NCBI RefSeq assembly: GCF_006345805.1
Contig: NW_021836192.1
Location: 1-20,249 of the forward strand
Reading direction: 5' to 3'
From: Octopus sinensis
Lineage: Eukaryota
Length of the DNA stretch: 20,249 bases
The notes beneath the pieces are model-generated. The model searched no databases, had not been told where the DNA came from, and worked only from the letters and a program-made list of their open reading frames with translations. Each line of letters starts with the position of its first letter. Positions within the stretch are counted from its first letter, which is position 1. This document shows positions 8,572-17,736 of this stretch, piece after piece. The translations under genes and the position numbers were made by a program.

Positions 8572-9197
8572 ATCACCATCATCATCATTTAGCGTCCGCT
8601 TTCCATGCTAGCATGGGTTGGACAGTTCAACTGGGGTCTGGGAAGCCAGAAGGCTGCACCAGGCCCAGTCTGATCTGGCAGTGTTTCTACGGCTGGATGC
8701 CCTTCCTAACGCCAACCACTCCATGAGTGTAGTGAGTGCTTTTTACGTGCCAACGGTACAGGGGCCAGACAGGGCTGGCAAACGGCCATGATCAGATGGT
8801 GCTTTTTACGTGCCACCGGCACAGGGGCCAGACGAGGCTGGCAATGGCCATGATCGGATGGTGCTTTTTACGTGCCACCGGCACAGGGGCCAGGCGAGGC
8901 TGGTAATGGCCATGATCGGATGGTGCTTTTTACGTGCCACCGGCACAGGGGCCAGGCGTGGCTGGCAAACGGCCATGATCGGATGGTGCTTTTTACGTTC
9001 CACCGGCACAGGGGCCAGACGAGGCTGGCAACGTCCACAATCGGATGGTGCTCTTTACATGCCACCGGCACAGGGGCCAGGCAAGGCTGGCAAACAGCCA
9101 CGATAGGATGGTGCTTTTTACGTGCCACTGGCACAGAGGCCAGGCGTGGCTGGCAAATGGCCACGATCGGATGGTGCTTTTTACGTGCTACCGGCAC
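8572..9197 (-). mobile_element. RTE LINE 3' end with expanded subrepeat array
   Basis: (CAT)n tail at 8572-8588, palindrome 8603-8616, then tandem units. Confidence 0.85.
8733..9197 (-). repeat. Tandem array, about 7.5 x 62-63 bp, from the RTE 3' UTR
   Basis: GATGGTGCTTTTTACGTGCCACCGGCACAGGGGCC cores at 8795, 8857, 8919, 8982, 9044, 9107 and 9170, plus a leading core near 8733. Confidence 0.93.
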
Positions 9198-9492
9198 CCG
9201 TGCTGGTGCCACATAAAAAGCACCCCTGCTGATGGCATGTGAGAATACACTTATGCTAGTGCCACATGAAATGCACCCATGTTGGTGCCATGTAAGAAGC
9301 ACTCATGCTGGTGTCACATAAAAGACACCCAGTACACTGTAAAGTGGTTGGTCTTAGGAAGGGCATCCAACCATAGAAGCCATGCCAGAGCAGAGACAAC
9401 TGCAGCGTGGTCAGTTCTTGAGCTGACCAGCTCCTGCCAAACTATCCAAGACATGCCAGCATGGAAAACGGACGTTCAATGATGATGATGAT
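9198..9492 (+). mobile_element. Diverged RTE 3' end with 5 x 26-27 bp subrepeats
   Basis: Units of the form CCRTGCTGGTGCCACATAAAAAGCAC at 9198-9328, then TTAGGAAGGGCATCC ... CATGCCAGCATGGAAAACGGACGTT(GAT)n. Confidence 0.75.
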
Positions 9493-9499
9493 ACATTTG

Positions 9500-9873
9500 G
9501 GGAGTCTAAATGCATACATATACACTTACAAACAGGCATGTATTTATACACACACATATTCATGTGTGCACATACATGTGTGTGTGTGTATATATATTTA
9601 TATATATATATATATATACATATGCATGAGTGTATACAAGTTTGTGTGTGTGTGGGTACATATGTACCTGTATATGTGTATGTATGTTTGTACATATATA
9701 CCTGAGTATGTGTGTGTGTACATATATACCTTTATATAAGTGTGTTATGTTCACCCATATGTGTATGTGTATATATATATATATATATACATATACACAC
9801 ACACATACATATACACACACACACACGCATATATATATATATATACACACACACATATATATACATACATACA

Positions 9874-9912
<39 letters not shown>

Positions 9913-10004
9913 TTTAAAATGTTTCAGCCCGAAGGCTGCGGCCATGCTGGGGCACCACCATACATACACATATATATACATACATACTATACATACATAC
10001 ATAT

Positions 10005-10047
<43 letters not shown>

Positions 10048-10054
10048 CACACAC

Positions 10055-10085
<31 letters not shown>

Positions 10086-10153
10086 CATACATACACACAC
10101 ACATATGTATATATATATATTATATATATATATATATATACATACACACACAC

Positions 10154-10202
<49 letters not shown>

Positions 10203-10260
10203 CACACACACATATGTACATATATACATACATATATATATATATATATGTATGTGTGTA
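9500..10260. repeat. Compound (TA)n/(CA)n/(TACA)n microsatellite tract, interrupted by a SINE A 3'-module fragment (9905-9959, minus)
   Basis: Direct inspection; fragment TGTTTCAGCCCGAAGGCTGCGGCCATGCTGGGGCACCACC. Confidence 0.9.
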
Positions 10261-10355
10261 CAGGGCAATGCTTAAGCAATAAGACCTGTTTTGGACTGCT
10301 ATGTTCTAATTACAATAAACTTGCTAAATATAAAATTGAAAGACCCGGCCAAGTA

Positions 10356-10374
10356 TGACGTCAATGCCACGTCA
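10356..10374. promoter_or_regulatory. Paired bZIP-type motifs: CRE (TGACGTCA) and UPRE-like (CCACGTCA)
   Basis: TGACGTCA at 10356-10363 and CCACGTCA at 10367-10374, in an apparently non-repetitive island. Motif match only. Confidence 0.25.
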
Positions 10375-10800
10375 TCGCCAGCAGACACCTGTAATATTGC
10401 TTTTTCAACTCACAGTCCTTACATCTCTTAAATTATTTCCCCTAGATCTCCTCATGTCCCTCTCTGGTTCTGACCTATCTCTCGACTTGTATCAACACCT
10501 TTGTCTATCAATATGTCAGTCTACCTTCACAATTACTTACCTATACCTGTCTGTCTGTCTATGTACTTCTCTATCTTTTTATCTCTATCTATCTATTTAT
10601 CTATCTATCTATATCTGTCTACCTATCTATCTTTCTATCTCCCCATATGTTTGTGTGTTTGTATCAAGATTAATCAGCCGAAATTTCGAGGATGATCCGG
10701 TTCTTGACTGAAGATTGAAGGCTTCGAATGTCCCGTCCGTGTTTTTTGTATCGTCTTCTAAATGTTTTACATTCTTGTCCCAGTTTGTATTTTTCTACAT

Positions 10801-10804
<4 letters not shown>

Positions 10805-10878
<74 letters not shown>

Positions 10879-11178
10879 ATATGTTTATATATATGTATGT
10901 TTATATATATGCATGTTTATATATATACATGTATATATATATGTATATATGTTTATATATATGTATGTTTATATATATGTATGTTTATATATATGCATAT
11001 ATATATGTATGTTTATATATATATACATATATGTATGTTTATATATATGTATATATACATATATCTGTGTATATATATGTATATATACATATATGTATGT
11101 GTATATATATGTATGTATAAACATATATGTGTATGTATATGCATTATATATGTATATATATATATAGAGAGAGAGAGA
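10805..11178. repeat. (TA)n / (TATG)n / TATGTTTATATA compound microsatellite
   Basis: Direct inspection. Confidence 0.9.
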
Positions 11179-11180
11179 CG

Positions 11181-11594
11181 TGCAGGAGTGGCTGTGTGGT
11201 AAGAACTTGCTTCTCAACCACATGGTTCTGGGTTCAATCACACTGCATGGCACCTTGGACAAGTGTCTTCTACTACTGCATCAGATCGATTACAGCCTGT
11301 GAGTATATTTGGTAGATGGAACCTGAAAGAATCCCATGGTATATGTATTTATATATGTGTGTGTGTGTACAGATATATGTGTGTATGTATATATGCATTT
11401 GTCTGTGTTTGTCCCCCAACCATCGCTTGACAACCAATGTTGGTGTATTTATGTCCCCGTAACTTAGCAGTTTGGCAAAAGAAACTGATAGAATGAGTAC
11501 TAGGCTTACAAAAGATAAGTCCTCGGGTCAACTTGTTCAACTAAAGGTAGTGCTCCAGCATGTCCACAGTCCAATGACTGAAGCAAGTAAAAGA
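11181..11594 (+). mobile_element. Composite SINE family A (head, microsatellite, 3' module)
   Basis: Head 11181-11342, TG/TA tract, module ending GACTGAAGCAAGTAAAAGA. Confidence 0.85.
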
Positions 11595-11629
<35 letters not shown>

Positions 11630-11649
11630 TATATATACACACACATACA

Positions 11650-11711
<62 letters not shown>

Positions 11712-11737
11712 CATGTGTATATATATGTATATAAGCA

Positions 11738-11957
11738 CCAACCGATCGTGGTCGAGTCTCCCCAGGCACCTGTGCCGGTGGCACGTAAAATGCACCTACT
11801 ACACTCATCATGGAGTGGTTGGCGTTAGGAAGGGCATCCAGCTGTAGAAACTCTGCCAGATTAGATTGGACCCTGGTGCAGCCTCCTGGCTTCCCAGACT
11901 CCGGTCGAACCATCCAACCCATGCTAGCATGGAAAGCGGATGCTAAACGATGATGAT
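11738..11957 (+). mobile_element. RTE LINE 3' end fragment
   Basis: One subrepeat, GGAAGGGCATCCAGCTGTAGAAAC, palindrome 11919-11932, (GAT)3 tail. Confidence 0.88.
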
Positions 11958-11973
11958 ATATATATACATATAT

Positions 11974-14180
11974 ATCATCATCATCATCGTTTAACGACCG
12001 CTTTCCATGCTAGCATGGGTTGGATGGTTTGACTGGGGACTGGTGAGCCAGATTGCTGCACCAGGCTCCAATCTAATCTGGCAGAGTTTCTACAGCTGGA
12101 TGCCTTTCCTAATGCCAACCACTCCGAGTGTGTAGTGGGTGCTTTTATGTGTCACTGGCACAAGGGCGAGTCGGGTGGTACTGGCAACGGCCACACTCAA
12201 ATGGTGGTTTCTACGTGCCTCCTGCACAGGAGCCAGTCCAGCAGCAATGGCAACGACCAAGGTCGAATGTTTTTTCACGTGCTGCCAGTACAAATGCCAG
12301 TAAGGCGATGCAAGTAATGATCGCATTTGAATGGTGCTTTTTACATGCCACCGGCACGGAGGCCAGTTTGTTGCTCTGGCAACGATCACGCTTGGATGGT
12401 GTTCTTACTAGCATGGATGCCAGTCATCGAATTTGATTTTGATTTCGATTTCACTTGCCTTAACAGGTCTTCGCAAGCAGAGTTTAGTGTCCAATAAAGG
12501 AAAGGTACGCACAAGTGGGCTGATTACACCCCTGGCATAGGTCACAAGGTTATGGTCTCATTTCACTTGCTGGGTCTTCTCAAGCACAGCATATTTTGAA
12601 AGGTCCTGGTCACTTGTCATTGCCTTGTGAGGCCCAATGTTCAGTCATGCTTCACCACTTCATCCCAGGTCTTCCTGGGTCTACGTCTTCCACAGGTTCC
12701 CTCAACTGCTAGGGTGTGGCACTTTTTCACAAAGCTGTCCTCATTCATTTGCAACACATGACCATACCAGCACAGTCGTCTCTCTTGCACACCACATCTG
12801 ATGCTTCTAAGATCCAACTTTTCTCTCAAGATACTTACACTCTGTCGAGTATGCACACTGATATTACACATCCATCGGATCATACTGGCTTCATTCCTTG
12901 CGAGCTTACGCATATCTTCAGCAGTCACGGCCCATGTTTCACTACCATGTAGCATGGCTGTTCGTACACATGCATCATACAGTCTGCTTTTTACTCTGAG
13001 CGAGAGGCCTTTAGTCACCAGCAGAGGTAAGAGCTCCCTAAACTTTGCCCAAGCTATTCTTATTCTAGCTGTTACACTTTCAGTGCACCCTCCCCTGCTA
13101 CTGACTTGGTCGTCTAGGTAACGGAAGCTATCATCTACTTCTAGTTTTTCTCTCTGGAATGTGGCGGAAGTTGCTCTCTGCACATTCTCAGTGTTTATTG
13201 CTCCTGAGCATCTGCCACAGACAAAAACTATCTTCCCAGTTAGCCTTCCTTTGGTATTACTGCACCTCTTGTGTGTCCATAGCTTACACTGGGTACATCT
13301 TATAGAGTTTCTACCTACGCCTTTTCTACAGATCGAGTAAGGCCATCTACCTGAAGGGATTTGTGGTTTGTCTGCCTTCCTACTTATTAAGATTTTGGTT
13401 TTAGCTAGGTTGATCTTAAGGCCCTTCGATTCTAATCCTTGCTTCCACACCTGAAACTTCTCCTCTAGTTCTGATAGTGACTCAGCAATTAGAGCAAGGT
13501 GGTCAGCATAGAGGAGCTCCCAGGGGCATCCTGTTTTGAATTCCTCTGTTATTATCTGAAGGACTCCTACCTCTACCTGGAATTCTTCACTGTACTCGTT
13601 GCCAACCCTCACCTTACTGACAGCGTCCCTGTACATTACTTGCATAGCTCTCACTAACCATTCATCTATCCCTAGTTTCCTCATTGACCACCAGATAAGG
13701 GATCGGGGGCCCCTGTCGAAGGCTTTCTCCATGTCAACGAAAGCCAGGTACAGAGGTTTATCTTTGGCTAGGTATTTCTCCTGCAGCTGCCTTACCAGGA
13801 ATATGGCATCAGTGGTACTTTTCCCTGGCATGAAACCAAACTGCATCTCGTCTAAGTTGACTCTCTCCTTAATCAGTTGGGCTATGACCCTCTCCGTGAC
13901 CTTCATTACCTGATCCAACAACTTGATACCTCTGTAATTATTTGTATCTAAATAATCACCTTTACCTTTGTAGCAGTTGACTCTACTGCTGCTACACCAG
14001 TCATTGGGTATGACTCCTTCGTGTATCACCTGGTTAACTATACAGGTGACTAGGCTATAACTGACACAGCCAGATATTTTGAGCATCTCTGCAGTGATTC
14101 CTGATGGGCTGTGGGCTTTCCCTGTCTTCGTGCTCTTAATTGCTTTATCTACCAAGGTACTGTCAACTCAGATAGCTAAT
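11974..14180 (-). mobile_element. RTE-clade non-LTR retrotransposon, 5'-truncated (no endonuclease domain), about 670-bp 3' region and (GAT)5 tail
   Basis: RT ORF runs into a 3' UTR with subrepeats, the palindrome at 12005-12018 and (ATC)5 at 11974-11988. The 5' end abuts (TA)n at about 14180. Confidence 0.93.
12641..14155 (-). pseudogene. RTE reverse transcriptase, inactivated, with PHD-type finger insert
   Basis: Motifs GKAHSPSGI, YKGKG..NYRGIKLL, QFGFMPGKSTTDAIF, AFVDMEKAFD, KINLAKTK, FRYL, RI..AW..F.EL, LRWYGH-like CWYGHV and GRRRPRKTW. YADD is changed to YADH (13499-13510), the QG-S-LSP motif is deleted at 13561/13562, there is no ATG start and the TGA at 12641 is premature. Confidence 0.95.
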
Positions 14181-14185
14181 ATATC

Positions 14186-14233
<48 letters not shown>

Positions 14234-14365
14234 TATACATATATATATATCTGTCTGCCTAGCCACATGTATCTGTTTATCTGTCAGTCAATCCATCTGC
14301 TTAAGTATTGGTGTATGCATGTATACAAGTAATACCTCCCTTATGTGTGTGTATGTGTATGTATG

Positions 14366-14410
<45 letters not shown>

Positions 14411-14411
<1 letters not shown>

Positions 14412-14669
14412 CCTCACCTGGCCCCCGTGCCGGTGGCACGTAAAAAGCACCATCTGATCGTGGTCGTCTGCCAGCCTCGTTTGGCACGTAAAAAGCACCC
14501 ACTACACTCATGGAGTGGTTGGTGTTAGGAAGGGCATCCAGCTGTAGAAACACTGCCAGATCAGACTGGGCCTGGTGCAGCCTTCTGGCTTCCCAGACCA
14601 CAGTTGAACCGTCCAACCCATGCTAGCATGGAAAGCAGACGCTAAACGATGATGATGATGATGTTGATG

Positions 14670-14671
<2 letters not shown>
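14411..14671 (+). mobile_element. RTE LINE 3' end fragment
   Basis: Two subrepeats, palindrome 14618-14631, (GAT)n tail. Confidence 0.88.
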
Positions 14672-14701
<30 letters not shown>

Positions 14702-14704
<3 letters not shown>

Positions 14705-15005
14705 GAGGCGCAATGGCCTAGTGGTTAGGGCAGCGTACTCGCGGTCATAGGATCGCGGTTTCGATTCCCAGACCGAGCGTTGTGACTGTTTATTGAACGA
14801 AAACACCTTAAAAGCTCCATGAGGCTTCGGCAGGGGGTGGTGGCGATCCCTGCTGTACTCTTTCACCGCAACTTTCTCTCACTCTTTCTTCTGTTGGCCT
14901 GCTCGCTTAGCCAGCGGGGTGGCGTCATTTGAAGGCTAAAACAATGCAAAGCGCATTGTGACCAGCGATGTGTAGCAACATCTGATAGCCTGGTCGGTCA
15001 CGGTG
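14702..15005 (+). mobile_element. tRNA-derived SINE family B, full length
   Basis: GTGGAGGCGCAATGGCCTAGTGGTTAGGG ... GGTTTCGATTCCC; colinear with 5004-5313. Confidence 0.85.
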
Positions 15006-15053
15006 ATATATATATATATATATATATAAACACATTTATATACATATATATCA

Positions 15054-15221
15054 TGGAGAGGACAGGTGGAGGAAAAGATTGGTTTGAAAAGGGAGGATGC
15101 CCCAAACTGGGCAAGATGTCGAGAATGTGTGAGGGCGGTTGCTATGGCATTGCGGTAGATCCAGCCACCCCCATTAATGGGGACAAAACCCGGATTTAAA
15201 ACACTGGATGATGATGATGAT
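15054..15221 (+). mobile_element. 3' end of a second RTE-like LINE family
   Basis: Translates WRGQVEEKIGLKREDAPNWARCRECVRAVAMALR* (TAG 15156-15158), like RTE C-termini (W..V..D...GL..EDA..R..W). Short UTR and (GAT)5 tail. Confidence 0.6.
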
Positions 15222-15267
15222 ATATGTAGATATACACACACACACACACATGTATATATATATATCA

Positions 15268-15431
15268 GGCGCAGGAGTGGCTGTGTGGTAAGTAGCTTGC
15301 TAACCAGCCACATGGTTCCGGGTTCAGTCCCACTGCATGGCATCTTGGGCAAGTGTCTTCTGCTATAGCCTCGGGCCGACTAAAGCCTTCTGAGTGGATT
15401 TGGTAGACGGAAACTGAAAGAAGCCCATCGT
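15268..15431 (+). mobile_element. SINE family A head
   Basis: GGCGCAGGAGTGGCTGTGTGG ... GAAACTGAAAGAAGCCCATCGT. Confidence 0.88.
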
Positions 15432-15456
15432 ATATATGTATATATATATATAAATA

Positions 15457-15790
15457 GGCACAGGAGTGGCTGTGTGGTAAGTAGCTTGCTTACCAACCAC
15501 ATGGTTCTGGGTTCAGTCCCACTGCGTGGCATCTTGGGCAAGTGTCTTCTGCTATAGCCCCGGGCCGACCAATGTCTTGTGAGTGGATTTGGTCGACGGA
15601 AACTGAAAGAAGCCTGTCGTATATATGTATATATGTGTGTGTGTTTGTCCTCCTAGCATTGCTTGACAACCGATGCTGGTGTGTTTACGTCCCCATCACA
15701 TAGCGGTTCAGCAAAAGTGACCGATAGAATAAGTGCTCCAGCATGGCCGCAGTCAAATGACTGAAACAAGTAAAAGAGTAAAAAGAGTAT
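15457..15790 (+). mobile_element. Composite SINE family A; 3' module has an internal deletion
   Basis: Head 15457-15620, microsatellite, then a module in which GAATAAGT joins directly to GCTCCAGCATGG. Confidence 0.85.
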
Positions 15791-16224
15791 ATATGCACAC
15801 GCTTATATACATACACATACAGACATGCAGACAACCACATATATGTGTATGTGTACACACACGTCATTAGGAATTAAACATAGCGCTAATGAGCATAAAC
15901 CAAATATAATTAAATCTCGTCGTTAACGTCAGACTTTAGATCAGGTTTTTTTTTCTTCTAAGATGCCAATTAATCTTTTAAATAACGAAGTTTAAATTAG
16001 CGGTACAGATAATCAAGATATGTAATATCCTGATGAGGCTAATTATTTTGCTGGTCAAACCCGACCCCCACCCACCCTGCTGTGTTAATGTCCTGCAGCC
16101 ATAGCCGGCCAGTTAAGGGTGATTGGAAAAATATAAGCGTTGAAGAACTTATGTCAAACTTGGTTGAATTTGAACTCAGAACATGAAGACAGACAACATG
16201 CTTAGTGGTCTCTGTTATTTTAAA

Positions 16225-16342
16225 TTTGTTTCAGTCACTCGAATGCGGCCATGCTGGAGCACCACCTTGGTGGATGTTTTAGTCAAACAAATCGACCCTT
16301 GGGCATATTGTTTTTCAAAGCCTGGTACTTATTCTATTAGTC
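16225..16342 (-). mobile_element. SINE family A 3'-module fragment
   Basis: TTTGTTTCAGTCACTCGAATGCGGCCATGCTGGAGCACCACC ... GTACTTATTCTAT. Confidence 0.75.
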
Positions 16343-17552
16343 CTTGCCTGTGCTTGTGCCATGTAAAAAGCACAATCCACTCAGCTGAGTGGTTGGTGTT
16401 AGGAAGGGCATCCAGCTGTAAAAACCGTACCAAAACTGACCTTGCCTGTGCTGTGCCACATAAAAAGCGCTCAGTCCACTCTGCTGAGTGGTCAGTGTTC
16501 GGAAGGGCATCCAGCTGTAAAAACCTTACCAAAACTGACCTCACCTGTGCTTGTGCCATGTAAAAAGCACTCGGTCCACTCTGCTGAGTGGTCAGTGTTC
16601 GGAAGGGCATCCAGCTGTAAAAACCTTACCAAAACTGACCTCACCTGTGCTTGTGCCATGTAAAAAGCACTAAATCCACTCTGCTGAGTGGTCAGTGTTC
16701 GGAAGGGCATCCAGCTGTAAAAACCTTACCAAAACTGACCTCACCTGTGCTTGTGCCATGTAAAAAGCACTAAATCCACTCTGCTGAGTGGTCAGTGTTC
16801 GGAAGGGCATCCAGCTGTAAAAACCTTACCAAAACTGACCTCACCTGTGCTTCTGCCACATAAAAAGCACTCAGTCCACTCTGCTGAGTGGTCAGTGTTC
16901 GGAAGGGCATCCAGCTGTAAAAACCTTACCAAAACTGACCTCACCTGTGCTTCTGCCACATAAAAAGGACTGAGTCCACTCTGCTGAGTGGTCAGTGTTC
17001 GGAAGGGCATCCAGCTGTAAAAACCTTGCCAAAACTGACCTCACCTGTGCTTGTGCCACGTACAAAGCACTAAATCCACTCTGCTGAGTGGTCAGTGTTC
17101 GGAAGGGAATCCAGCTGTAAAAACCTTACCAAAACTGACCTCACCTGTGCTTGTGCCATGTAAAAAGCACTAAATCCACTCTGCTGAGTGGTCAGTGTTC
17201 GGAAGGGCATCCAGCTGTAAAAACCTTACCAAAACTGACCTCACCTGTGCTTGTGCCACGTACAAAGCACTAAATCCACTCTGCTGAGTGGTCAGTGTTC
17301 GGAAGGGAATCCAGCTGTAAAAACCTTACCAAAACTGACCTCACCTGTGCTGGTGCCACGTAAAAAGCACTCAGTCCACACTATAAAGTGGTTGGCATTT
17401 GGAATGGCATCCAGCTGTAAAAGTCCTGTGAAAACAGACACAGAAGCCTGATGCAGGCTCCTGCCTGGCCAGATCCTGTCAAACCATCTTATCAATCCTC
17501 ACCCATGGGAGGCAGACATTCAATAATGATGATGACGATGATGATGATGATG
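16343..17552 (+). mobile_element. Diverged RTE 3' end carrying a 100-bp tandem array
   Basis: The last unit (17346) continues into the RTE-like 3' terminus and (GAT)n tail at about 17525-17552. Confidence 0.75.
16349..17345 (+). repeat. Tandem array, 10 x 98-100 bp, derived from the RTE 3' UTR
   Basis: Unit starts at 16349, 16447, 16546, then every 100 bp to 17246. Each has GTAAAAAGCAC ... GGAAGGGCATCCAGCTGTAAAAAC. Confidence 0.96.
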
Positions 17553-17686
17553 TGTGTGTGTGTGTTTGTCCCCTGCTACTGCTTGACAATCAGTGTTGGT
17601 GTGTTTATGTCCCTGTGACTTAGCAGTTTGGCAAAAGTGACCAACAGAATAAACACTATGCTTGCAAAAGTAATGAGTCCTGGGGT
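17553..17686 (+). mobile_element. SINE family A 3' module, proximal part
   Basis: (TG)n then TTTGTCCCC ... CTTGACAA ... GGTGTGTTTATGTCCC ... GAGTCCTGGGGT. Confidence 0.75.
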
Positions 17687-17736
17687 GGAGTAGAGGTAAA
17701 GGTAAAAATTACCGTCTCGAGTCATGCTGACTCACA

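Noticed and set aside
8806-9302. Repetitive ORFs on both strands (also 16183-17495)
   Set aside because: Products of 62-bp and 100-bp tandem units in non-coding RTE UTR sequence.
10705-10735. CTGAAGA...CGAA hammerhead-like string
   Set aside because: No G-C closing pair for stem II, GAAT instead of GAAA, and no supporting stems.
9411-11922. YI/HT/VC-rich ORFs
   Set aside because: Stop-free translations of TA/CA/TG microsatellites.
12716-14411. Plus-strand ORFs overlapping the RT
   Set aside because: Antisense shadows of the RT reading frame and the adjacent microsatellite.
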